This document shows, piece after piece, positions 41,470 to 51,699 of a stretch of DNA of 64,000 nt. Origin of the DNA: Balanoglossus misakiensis (lineage: Eukaryota; Animalia; Hemichordata); contig CM082588.2 of assembly GCA_040954595.2 (NCBI GenBank), positions 4,838,156 to 4,902,155 of the forward strand, given 5' to 3'. The translations under genes and the position numbers were made by a program. The notes beneath the pieces were generated by a model. The model had not been told where the DNA came from, did no database searches, and saw nothing but the letters and a program-made list of their open reading frames with translations. Numbering within the stretch: the first letter of the stretch is position 1; the number at the start of each line of letters is the position of its first letter.

Positions 41470-41676
41470 CTAAGATACTGGGCCATTTTCGTTTTTCTTT
41501 ACACGTTCTTCGGCCGTGATCACGGTATTTTCGTCTCTGTTGTTAATGTTTCTGCGGAATTTAACTAGCGAAGGCTTCTGCAGTCCATGTCCATGTCCGA
41601 AACCACCGTGTCCCTCGGCTTGGTACGAGATAGTCGATACCACCAGCAAAAAGATGAATATGGTCAGTGTTTTCAT
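41470..41676 (-). CDS. Small secreted prepropeptide copy A, 68 aa (signal, His/Gly-rich peptide, RR, C-terminal propiece)
   Basis: MKTLTIFIFLLVVSTISYQAEG|HGGFGHGHGLQKPSLVKF-RR-NINNRDENTVITAEERVKKNENGPVS. Acceptor ctctccag lies 9 nt before the ATG. An upstream non-coding exon ends at donor aag|gtaagc (41909). The ORF is preserved in the second copy. Confidence 0.82.
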   Translation of the reverse strand: MKTLTIFIFLLVVSTISYQAEGHGGFGHGHGLQKPSLVKFRRNINNRDENTVITAEERVKKNENGPVS

Positions 41677-42015
41677 CTTGAAAGTCTGGAGAGAGGGAGA
41701 GAGAGGGGTGTTATCAAGTTGAACGTACAGCATAACACAACACAACACAAGCGGGTGTTTTTTTGTATTCGTACAAGCAATTTGGTTTAACCAAAACAAT
41801 CCATGTTCATTCGTATTCTCTTTCATTCCTGAAACAATAATTATAAGTGGAACGTGCGCGCCAAAAGCGAAATCGCTTGTATTACAGTTGGCGTCGTGTA
41901 TAGCTTACCTTAAGTTGCCTTTACTCCCGTCGCTGTAAGTTACTGCAGTGAAGTTTGATGTCCGAGTTGCCCTCACTTTCTTCTGCGGAGTGGAATTGGG
42001 TGCGCAGTACACGCA

Positions 42016-42250
42016 TTTTATAGGCATCCCTTATATTACCGTCCAATCAGAACTCTGGTCTATATTCTATACAACAATATGTTTCCTGTCCTCGGTGTCC
42101 TGTTGACGAGGGTTCTCTCGCCAAGCACCTAACAGCTTGAGGGATATGGGGTGATAGAAGTGCTAGCTTTGTTGGAAGCAGACATTGTTCACGTCTTAAC
42201 ATAAAGGCCATGTTGTTGTTCCCTCGTTGAGCAGTCGTCCGTGACGTCAC
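42016..42250 (-). promoter_or_regulatory. Promoter of peptide copy A: TATA box, CCAAT and palindromic CRE
   Basis: TATAAAA on the - strand at 42022-42016, CCAAT at 42043-42047 and TGACGTCA at 42242-42249. The first exon would run from about 41990 to 41909. Confidence 0.6.
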
Positions 42251-43225
42251 GCACGGTGTTTGACATCGAGAATATGAGATCAAACGCACTTTATGCTTTT
42301 CTATGTGCACTGAAAAAATATCCCAATTTAATAGTACTGTGTACAGTGTCTTTTCATTCCCGAGAAACTGAATTAATTACCAGTGGAACACGTGGTGTTC
42401 ATGCACAATGGAGTTGTCCCACGTTCGTAGAAATGGGCCGTTTCGAACCCGGGTCGAAACCAGTCAAAATAACTTTAAAGGGCGAATTTTTAATCCCTGG
42501 TTATCGCATTAATGCTGGCTGATAAAGTCTCCAGCTCATAGCCAAGTTTTGACTTGTCGGACATTTCTGATCCGTTGATTGAACACACATGGTACGAGAG
42601 TCTCATATTGCGGATGTTTATTAACAGATCAGAAAAGAAAAATCAGCGAAAGCACACCAAAGCTTCAAGTCAGTCCCATAGCCATCTTCCTTGTGATCAA
42701 TGTAAAGAAGCAAAGTAATAAACACAATAAGTTCTTTATTTTACCCTGTAAGAATCAACCCCACTTCTTAATTAGAGTTTAATTAAAACTATTTTAGCAG
42801 ATGTACATGGGACCATCATATCCCGTTACTATGGCGCCCGTTTCCTTGTTAGGTCGGATGTCATCTTTATAACTATTGTCCAGTTACCGATGCCGTCGTA
42901 ACTACAGCGATCGCCAGTCTGTTTGGGCAAAAATGGAATATGAAACATGAGCGTGTGGATTAGTGCCTACTGCCATGTCCAGGGGTACCCTGGGAAGAGT
43001 GGGTGAGGACCCCACCAGGGACCAACAACTGGTGCATGCGCACACAGCGATTGTGTCGCTTCAAAGTATAACAACAAATGAAAGCCTAGCGTGTATGGTT
43101 AAATTTAATACATGGAATGCGCTGGTATAAGAGCGATGCCTTATATAGAAATAACGGGACACAAAAATACTCAGATCCTCAGGCTCAGCATTAAGCGCAG
43201 TGAGTGAATTAATTTTCAATACTTA

Positions 43226-43423
43226 CTAAGATAAGGGGCCATTTTCGTTTTTCTTCACACGTTCGTCGTCCGTGATCACGGTATTCTCGTCTCTGTTGTT
43301 AATGTTTCTGCGTAATTTAGCGAGCGAAGGCTTCTCTAGTCCATGGTGACCACGATGTCCTTCAGCCTGGTACAAGATAGTCGATACCACCAGCAAAAAT
43401 ACGAATATGGTCAGTGCTTTCAT
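43226..43423 (-). CDS. Small secreted prepropeptide copy B, 65 aa
   Basis: MKALTIFVFLLVVSTILYQAEG|HRGHHGLEKPSLAKL-RR-NINNRDENTVITDDERVKKNENGPLS. Same splice signals as copy A; the indel between copies is in frame (9 nt). Confidence 0.8.
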   Translation of the reverse strand: MKALTIFVFLLVVSTILYQAEGHRGHHGLEKPSLAKLRRNINNRDENTVITDDERVKKNENGPLS

Positions 43424-44529
43424 GTTGAATGTCTGGAGAAAGGGGGTAGGGAGAGAGACGGAGAGAGGAGAGATAGAGAGAGGGGAGAAAGAGGAGAGAT
43501 AGAGAGAGAGGAGAGAGAATGAGAGGGGTGTTATCAAGTTGAACGTACAACGTAACACAACTCAAGCAGTTTTTTTGTATTCGTACAAGCAATTTGGCTT
43601 GACCAGAACAATCCTGGTTCATTCGTATTCTCTGTTATTTCTGAAACATAATCATAAGAACGTGTACGCGCTTAAAGCGAAATTGTTTACCTTAAGTTGC
43701 CTTCACTCCCGATGCTGTAAGTTACTGTATAGTGAAGTTTGATGTCTGAGTTGCCCTCACTTTCTTCTGCGGAGTGGAATTGGGTGCGCAGTACACGCAT
43801 TGTATATGCATCCCCTATTTTACCGTCCAATCAGAACTCTGGTCTATATTCTATACAACAATATGTTTCCTGTCCTCGGTATCCTGTTGACAAAGTTTTT
43901 TTTCATGGAGCACTTAACAGCTTGAGGGATCTCACCGATCTGGGGTGATTGAAATGCCGTCATTGTTTTCCTTGTGAGGTCACGTCATAACCTAAAGGCC
44001 ACGTTGTTGTTCCCTCGTTCAGCAGTCTTCCGTGACATCACACACGGTGTTTGACATCGAGAATGGCAGATTTGTGTGTGTGTGAGTGATCGCGTGGTTG
44101 CTGACCGTGCTGCAGAGGCGAGTCGAGCAACTTCAGTGGTTGAAGTTGTCTCGATTCTTGCAAACTTGGCCTGTTGGCTATCTATTCAATGGGAAGCAAT
44201 CCAGCATGCTTTTATAGAACGAACCGCAAAAGTATACCGGTACCACTGTTATGATATGGTCTTTACAACAATCGTGTCAAAATGTTAAAGTCCGAATTTG
44301 CATAAGCTCGCACATAAGTTCCCTGCGACCAAAGTACCACACGACTAACAAATACAATGAGATTTTTGTGTGTGGTAAAAATGTTGTCGAGGCCAAGCAA
44401 AACAGACCCAGTAGTTTTACTAAAACATTCCTAAAATAGGCGCCACTAACACAAATAGCCAACTGAAGTTGGACCAAAGAACAGTAACCTAGTTGTAGCT
44501 TCACTAGGACTAAAATACTCCAGGGCGTT

Positions 44530-44900
44530 TTCACTATCTCTGAAATTTAACTGGTTCACGCTACATGTAAGCAAGCTGGCGTATACATTTCTCTAGCTAT
44601 CCAACGTTCTTATTATGTTCTTGTGGTTTCAACTTTGCATCAGAACGCTCTCGAGGATTGTTGTATAGTCGACATAAACTGTGTTCCCACTTCCTTCAAA
44701 CACTGGCTGAGTTTGAGGGGTCATCGCCCTAACTCTCATATCTGAGACAGTATATGTCAACCCTCCCACTTTCTCAACAGGCGGAATATCTACAACGATC
44801 TCTTGACCTCGTACCCTTTTCATCGTTGCTTTTATTATCGGGTGTTTTGTGTCCGCCGCAAAGCTTTCGCCATTGTTCGCAGAGTCGTAAACAAATTCTT
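44530..44900 (-). pseudogene. Inverted remnant of the cytoplasmic tail and 3'UTR of a further IgSF receptor (receptor 3/4 subfamily)
   Basis: FVYDS..FAAD..KRVRGQEIVVDIPPVEKVGGLTYTVSDMRVRAMTPQTQPVFEGSGNTVYVD aligns with receptor 4 SVYDS..KRRGQEVAGAIPPAFVKNVEGLTYADLDLRGSAVSPQRRPVFEGGQGTVYAD. Downstream atgcaaagt..ttgaaaccacaa..acgccagctt..aaatttcagagata matches the receptor 3 3'UTR. No ectodomain is present upstream. Confidence 0.85.
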
Positions 44901-45296
44901 TGGTCCGGTTATTTTCCTCCAAATTTTAGAAATCATATCATCGTGAAAGAGATATCCTTCTTTCCAACTCTTGCTCGTTTTCATATTCAGACACTGCACT
45001 TGTTCGAATTGACTGATAGCTTGCGTAGACAATACACAGACGTGCGTCTTGTTCTGTGAAAGTGGTCGCCTTGTACAGGTCGTTTGAGGTCATCAACTGT
45101 AATCCGTTTACCTCCTTTCACTCCGTTCTATGCCCTCATGAATAGGGGGATATCAAGCAAGTAAAGTGACGTTTTCAACTCCAAAATTCAATATCCCGGA
45201 TCGAGGAAATAATGGCGGACGGCAGCACAAGGTGTGTGTTTTAACTGGAGTGTGATTTACCGTCTTTTTCCTTTGGCGAGGGAATCTACAGCGAAC

Positions 45297-47399
45297 ATGA
45301 CTTGTGTCTGGTTCAAAGTGATAACGGTTGGATTGTTGTGTGTTGTACCTGGACTTAATAGGGTGAACGTTGCAGGCGTTGAGTTTCTTAAAGAGCCAGC
45401 TGGTTTGACGAAGACTTTTCAATACGGAAGTTCTGAGACGGACTATTCGTTTACCTTAGAGTGCCAGGTGAGGTTCTTGATAACTGATCAGAAGGTGTCG
45501 TGGTTTACAAAGAAAACGCGAATAAGCGATGATAACACTTTTATACCAAGCGTCATTGGCCGCCTTGTAGATCGAGACAGATACAGCATACTTTCGGCAG
45601 GCTCAAACGTTTATCATTTACAGGTGAGCTCAGTCTCACCGAGTACTGCTGCATTCGACAGTCGTAGATATCAGTGTGCAGTGCTCTGGTCATCCACCAA
45701 CAATGTTGTCAGCGGTGGGGCATCGAAGGCAGTAAGGGTAAGCATATATGTCACCCCAAGTCCAGATTATCCACTTTGCGAAGTGAGTAATTCAACAGAC
45801 CAGAACCTTCCGACATCGCCAACAACCGCAGTAACGTCAGGCAATAGATACACACTGACTTGTCTCTCTGGACCATCTGTTCCGGCTGTTGGATTATTTT
45901 GGTCCCGAAATGACCAATCTGAATATTTGGAAAGGTCAGGTTATGGTCAGAGGGATGACTTGATATACGCTACATATGATTGGAATGCAACTAAAGATGA
46001 CGGTCTGACCTTGACATTCACCTGCACTCTTCAACATCCAGGTTTGTCGCATGACCGAAATTGTTCAATTGCGTTTAATATCCAATACGCGCCAGTTGTG
46101 ACAATCGATCCAACTGATGTCATGGTGAACGAAAGTGACGTCATAGAGCTGCTCTGCATCCAAGATGCAAACCCAGAAGTTACAGAACCTGTTTGGTACT
46201 ATGATGATTACGTCGTGAATAGTGGTGGTCGATTTAGATTGGAAGGAATGTCTCTTCGTATTTTGACATTTGGTCCACAGGACAATGGGAATCACTTGAT
46301 AACGTGTGAATTGACCAATGTGATCGGTACTGGCCGTGCAAATGTGACCTTGACTGTCGATATATTTTTCCCCACAACTCAACCATGGACGACGGCAGTC
46401 ACCCAAGAAAAGACAACCACGTTTAATGAATCTGACAGCAATCCCATTGCCAATTCGATGAAAGGAAACAATGGAATCATAATAGGTAGCGTTGTGGGTA
46501 TTGTGGTGTTGCTGATAATAATTGCAATTTTGGTGGCCCTCGTTTTTCTGAAAATACGCAGAAGATCATCACCGCCACCAAAGTCACCGAACAGAAATTT
46601 AGCAGCTTTGAGCGCCGAGAGGCAGAACGACGATGCTGGTTTTGACATGACAGATACCTCACCGAGATATTCATCCGCGGATGAGATCTTTAGTGATAAG
46701 GCTGCTGTGGGTGTTGCGCGCCTTTCCTTGGAACTGAACGGGGTGATGGACGAACAAGACTGGAACGTGGCTGAACAGGGCCGCGCCGATCAAAATAATG
46801 AAGCAGGCAGCGAGGCGGATTTGTATTCAAAGCCAGTGAAGAAATCAAAGCCACCGCGTAGACGTGTTCCCTCGCCTGCAGACTCCGAACCCGCTTCGCC
46901 ACCACCACTACCACCACCGCCACCACAAGACAAATCAGACGACGTTGAGAGTAAGGCGGTCGCCAAGAAACCGGTGAAGAAACCGAAACTGAAACCGAAG
47001 CCATCTAAGAAACATGCCGTCGAAGATAACACCGAAGAAGGGCACTATGCAAATCTTGGAGCAGCATCAAACGCGAAACCAGCATCCGAGGAATCTCCAT
47101 ACGACCCAGATGCAAACCCGTACGCTAACTTGACACAGAATCAGGCACGACCCACAGATTCTGTGTACGACGATGTTGAAGGCTTAGCAGCGGACAAACG
47201 ACCACCTCGGCATGGCAACGATGGGCAGAGACGAGGTCAAGAAGGCGCTGGAGCCATTCCGCCAGCTTTCATGAAGAACGTGGAAGGGCTAACATACGCT
47301 GACTTGGATCTCAGAGGATCGGCGGTGAGCCCCCAACGTCGACCAGTGCTTGCAGGAGGCGGCGAGGACACTGTTTACGCCGAATTACAAAATCCCTGA
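45297..47399 (+). CDS. IgSF receptor 3: signal peptide, 3 Ig domains, TM, long Pro-rich tail with ITIM/ITSM-like motifs; single-exon CDS, 700 aa
   Basis: Signal MTCVWFKVITVGLLCVVPGLNRVNVAG, three Cys/Trp Ig signatures and TM IIIGSVVGIVVLLIIIAILVALVFL. Tail contains PPPLPPPPP, GHYANL, PYANL, SVYDDV, LTYADL and TVYAEL. Confidence 0.93.
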   Translation: MTCVWFKVITVGLLCVVPGLNRVNVAGVEFLKEPAGLTKTFQYGSSETDYSFTLECQVRFLITDQKVSWFTKKTRISDDNTFIPSVIGRLVDRDRYSILSAGSNVYHLQVSSVSPSTAAFDSRRYQCAVLWSSTNNVVSGGASKAVRVSIYVTPSPDYPLCEVSNSTDQNLPTSPTTAVTSGNRYTLTCLSGPSVPAVGLFWSRNDQSEYLERSGYGQRDDLIYATYDWNATKDDGLTLTFTCTLQHPGLSHDRNCSIAFNIQYAPVVTIDPTDVMVNESDVIELLCIQDANPEVTEPVWYYDDYVVNSGGRFRLEGMSLRILTFGPQDNGNHLITCELTNVIGTGRANVTLTVDIFFPTTQPWTTAVTQEKTTTFNESDSNPIANSMKGNNGIIIGSVVGIVVLLIIIAILVALVFLKIRRRSSPPPKSPNRNLAALSAERQNDDAGFDMTDTSPRYSSADEIFSDKAAVGVARLSLELNGVMDEQDWNVAEQGRADQNNEAGSEADLYSKPVKKSKPPRRRVPSPADSEPASPPPLPPPPPQDKSDDVESKAVAKKPVKKPKLKPKPSKKHAVEDNTEEGHYANLGAASNAKPASEESPYDPDANPYANLTQNQARPTDSVYDDVEGLAADKRPPRHGNDGQRRGQEGAGAIPPAFMKNVEGLTYADLDLRGSAVSPQRRPVLAGGGEDTVYAELQNP

Positions 47400-49099
47400 A
47401 AAGTGGTTGTCATGCAAAGTATATTTTTCGTTGAAACCACAACAAAAGAACATATATTAACAAATTTGTACAGCCAGAGAAACGCTATAAGACGCCAGCT
47501 TATTAATAAGTATCGTGTAACAGAACTAAATTTCAGAGATACTAGTAGTTAACACGACTTAAAGCTAGACAAAATAGATGCGTAGAAGTGCTATTTCTTT
47601 AAATAGGCCTCAACTCCTTACCCAAAGTATGCCTTTTAACCTCATGGAAATACAAGGTATACATCTGGTAAAGAGTTATGGCCCTTTCACAGAAATAACA
47701 CCCAATTCTAAACCAATGTTAAAGGCGCGTCTATTTTTATCAGTGTTTTCATGCAAAGCAGATTTTATATTGAAACCACATAGCATTATTAAACTCCAGA
47801 TTTTTTTCCATGTCAAACAAAATAGATTCAGAGATTTTAATATATCACTCCTAAAATAGACAAAGAAAATAGACAAACTAGAGAGTCACTCAAAAGTGAC
47901 CCATTTGTAGTCTTATTATGTTATTCCAGACATTACAGTATTTCATCAACAAACATAGGCAAAATTAAGTAATCACCACACAAGTGATGTACATTGTTTT
48001 ACCACCGATCGTGATTTATTATGCAGATGCGGTTAAACGAATTTATGTTTTTTTACATTGTATGCAGCTGACAAACCTAATTAATTTGAATATGTGGTTT
48101 TCATACATATACACACAAGGCATCGGGTTGATTTTTTTCGCATATACAAAAGGGTCGCATTTATCCTCGGGTTGAAATAAAACACTCTGTGGTTGCTTAG
48201 TATGGTATACATCTGGACTTATTTGCGTATATCTGACAAATACTCACATGCTATACTAACGTTCAAATCATTTCCTTCCTGGTGTGCACTAAGCCCATGG
48301 GAAATGCTTTCAGAATGATAAAAATGGTTACTCTACACGCTTTAGTTGTGTCGTTTGAACAACTCCACAGATAATTATTACTTGAGAGGTTTCTCCAGTC
48401 AGGAACGATTGCATGATTTTCGCCAGATTCGGCCAATTTGTCGCGGAGAGCCAGTAATTCATGTACACTGCTGGCTAAAAGCAGCTCTGCTTAGTATATC
48501 GAGCTGATTGGCCGTTTACAAACAAATCATATCAATTCCGAGAGTCTTTGAAGTGTGATTATTAACGCTCCTATGGGAGATCACAATATATAAATACCAT
48601 TCAGAACATGTTGGGGGGAAAAACATATTAACCGCTATTCAAAATCTACACACAAAAAATTCCAAATATCTCTATGTAATTGGACCCAACTGGAAATAAG
48701 TCACATAATATGATAGTTCCACTGTGAGGACAATACAAAGTAGTCTTCGAGCCCTTTTCATAATAATTTTGGCAATCATGATCATCGTGACAGATATCCT
48801 TCATCGCAACTCTGCTATTTTTATATTCAGACACTGCAATTGTTCGAACAAAAGCAATAGCCTTGTTCTGCGAGAGTGGTCGCTTTGCGCAAGTCACTTG
48901 AGGTCATCCAATTCCGTCTGTTTACGACCTTTCACCCCGCTTTTATGTGTCCATGAATACCAGGGAGAGGCCAAACACGTAAAGTGACGTACACATTTGG
49001 AAAAACAAAGTCCCGGATCAAGGAAATGGTGGACGGCAGCATAGAGAGTGTGTTTTGACTGTTTTGGTTTACCGTCTTTTTTCTTCAACGAGGGGATCT

Positions 49100-51196
49100 A
49101 TGGCGAAGATGACTTGTGTCTGGTTCAAAGTAATAACGGTTGGATTATTGTGTGTTGTAGCGGGACTTAATAGGGTGAACGTTGCAGGCGTTGAGTTTCT
49201 TGAAGAGCCAGCAGATGTGACGAAGGCGTATCCATACGGAAGTCCTGAGACGGATGATTCGTTTATCTTACAGTGCCAGGTGAGGTCCTTGGAGGCAGGT
49301 CAGAAGGTGTCGTGGTTTAAAAAGGGAGAAATCATTAGCGATGGCTATAGTGTTAAATCCAGCGTCGATGGTCGTCTTGTTGATACTGATGAAGACCGAT
49401 ACAGAATAATTTCATACAATATCCCACATCGTTACGATATACAAGTGAGGTCACTCTCACCCAGCACTGCTAGATTTGACAGTGGAAGCTACCAGTGTGC
49501 AGTGACATGGCAAAACGATGCTGCTATAAACGATGGAAGATCAAGGACAGCTGCGGTCAACATATACGTCACCCCAACTCCAAATTACCCAGTTTGCGAA
49601 GTGAGTGACTCAACGGGTCAGGGGGTCAAGACAAACCCAACCACGGCTGTTAAAGTGGGTGATACGTACACCTTGACTTGTCTTTCTGGACAATCGGTTC
49701 CGGTTGTTACGTTATTTTGGTCCAGAAATGACCCATCTGAATATCTAGACAGGTCAGGCTACGGTTACAGGGGTGATTCGGTATATGTTACATATGATTG
49801 GATTCCATCACAGACTGACGGATCAGCCTTGACATTCTCCTGCACACTTCAACATCCGGGTTTGTCGTTTGATAGAACCTGTACAATGAGTTTCAATATC
49901 CAATACGCGCCGGTAGTGACAATCGATCCAACTGAAATCACAGTGAACAACAATGACGTCGTAGTGCTACACTGCAACCATGATGCAAATCCACAAGTTA
50001 GAGAACCTGTTTGGTATTATGACAATGACGTAGTAAACAGTGGTGGTCGGTTCAGTTTGGAAGGAATTTCTCTTCGTATTTTGACATTTGGTCCACAGGA
50101 CAATGGGCTTCACACGGTAACTTGTGCATTGACCAACGTGATTGGTACTGGCAGTGCAAGTGCGATCTTGACTGTCAATATACCACAACCGACAAGGACA
50201 GCTGCATCGCCACGTTTAATCACAGACCCGGCTGCCGTCACCCAAGAAAAGACAACTCCTTCAAACGAATCTAACAGCGATCCCATTGCCATTCCGAGGA
50301 AAACCAGTAACACCGGGATCATAGCTGGCAGCGTTGTTGGTGTGGGTTTGCTGCTGGTAATAATCGCAGTTTTGGTCACTCTCATTTGTGTGAAAACCCG
50401 CAGGAAACCGTCGCCGCCACCAAAGGCATCGACCAGAAATTTGGCAGAATTGAGCGACGAAAGGCAGAACGGCGACACCGGTTTTGACACGGTTGATACC
50501 GCACCGAGATATTCACCCGCGAATGAGACTTTCGATGATGATGCTGCTATGGGTGCCACGGGCATTTCCATGGAACTGAACGAGGTGATGAAACAACAAC
50601 GCCGGAACGAGACTGAACAGGGCCGCACTGATGAAAATAATGAGGCGGGCAACAAGCCAAAGAAGAAATTAAAATCACCACGTAGATACATGCCTGTACC
50701 TGTAGACAACTCAGAACTCACTTCGCCACCACTACCACCGACACCAGACAAATCAGTCGACTTTGAGAGTAAAGTGGTCACCCAGAAACCTATGAAGAAA
50801 CCAAAACCAAAGCCACCCAAGAAACCCGCTGTCGAAGATAATAGAGAAGAGGGGCCGTACGCAAACTTTGGAACAGCATCAAACGCGAAACCAGCATCTG
50901 AGGAATCTCCATACGACCCAGATGCAAACCCGTACGCTAACATGACACCGAATCAGGCACGACAAACAGATTCTGTTTACGACTCTGTCGGCCATGCAGA
51001 AGCACTCCCACAAAGCAACAATGGAAAGAGACGAGGTCAAGAGGTCGCTGGAGCCATTCCGCCAGCTTTCGTGAAGAACGTGGAAGGATTAACATATGCT
51101 GACTTGGATCTCAGAGGATCGGCGGTGAGCCCTCAACGTCGACCAGTGTTTGAAGGAGGCCAGGGAACTGTGTATGCCGACTTACAACAATCCTGA
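49100..51196 (+). CDS. IgSF receptor 4: close paralogue of receptor 3 with ITIM/ITSM-like tail; single-exon CDS, about 698 aa
   Basis: Same architecture. TM IIAGSVVGVGLLLVIIAVLVTLICV; tail has PYANF, PYANM, SVYDSV, LTYADL and TVYADL. The start could be ATG 49100 or 49109. Confidence 0.93.
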   Translation: MAKMTCVWFKVITVGLLCVVAGLNRVNVAGVEFLEEPADVTKAYPYGSPETDDSFILQCQVRSLEAGQKVSWFKKGEIISDGYSVKSSVDGRLVDTDEDRYRIISYNIPHRYDIQVRSLSPSTARFDSGSYQCAVTWQNDAAINDGRSRTAAVNIYVTPTPNYPVCEVSDSTGQGVKTNPTTAVKVGDTYTLTCLSGQSVPVVTLFWSRNDPSEYLDRSGYGYRGDSVYVTYDWIPSQTDGSALTFSCTLQHPGLSFDRTCTMSFNIQYAPVVTIDPTEITVNNNDVVVLHCNHDANPQVREPVWYYDNDVVNSGGRFSLEGISLRILTFGPQDNGLHTVTCALTNVIGTGSASAILTVNIPQPTRTAASPRLITDPAAVTQEKTTPSNESNSDPIAIPRKTSNTGIIAGSVVGVGLLLVIIAVLVTLICVKTRRKPSPPPKASTRNLAELSDERQNGDTGFDTVDTAPRYSPANETFDDDAAMGATGISMELNEVMKQQRRNETEQGRTDENNEAGNKPKKKLKSPRRYMPVPVDNSELTSPPLPPTPDKSVDFESKVVTQKPMKKPKPKPPKKPAVEDNREEGPYANFGTASNAKPASEESPYDPDANPYANMTPNQARQTDSVYDSVGHAEALPQSNNGKRRGQEVAGAIPPAFVKNVEGLTYADLDLRGSAVSPQRRPVFEGGQGTVYADLQQS

Positions 51197-51699
51197 AAAG
51201 TGTTCTATATGCAAAGTCGAATTGTTGTTGAGACCACAATAGCACATATACATGTATAATCAGTAAAGCTATATACTAGTCTCACCATGAAATTGCAGAT
51301 TAATCATGTATCCGTTCATCAGAGTTAAATTTCAGAGACAGCGCGGATTTTAACTTACAATTTAGTTCAAAAAGACATTTATTTTTTAATATGATATAAT
51401 ACATATTCCGGAAATATATAAGTATGCCATATAAACATTGGAGTAGTACATAATATTTGAACACTTTTCTGAACTTTGATGAATAGTTTTCTGTTTCTTT
51501 TTCAAAATAAAACTTGTCACACAATGCTGTGTTTCGACTCGCCCATAATAAAGAAGTCACGTGGCTGGGTCCGATTGTTGTTATTGGGGCCGGAAGGCGG
51601 TGTACACACAATGCAGGAGTCAGTACAGCAGGACATGGTCTTTCATGGTTATTTGTGGTATAACGAGGAAGAGACAAAAACGTTGTTTCCCTGTGGTAT

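Larger units (their letters stand above)
40587..44064. repeat. Tandem segmental duplication (40587-42273 and 42527-44064) carrying the small secreted peptide gene
   Basis: Both copies start gtctccagctcatagccaagttttgacttgtc and end gtgtttgacatcgagaat, and are colinear in between. Copy 1 has an extra approximately 160 bp at about 41272-41433; copy 2 has a GA-repeat expansion at about 43440-43520. Confidence 0.95.

Noticed and set aside
41560-41610. Idea that the HGGFGH peptide is the ligand of the nearby bombesin/CCHamide-type receptor
   Set aside because: No cysteines, no C-terminal amidation Gly before the RR site and no WAxGH-like motif; proximity is not evidence.
50110-50943. 277-aa antisense ORF, and similar antisense ORFs over receptors 1, 3, 7 and 8
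   Set aside because: Antisense shadows of low-complexity coding sequence.
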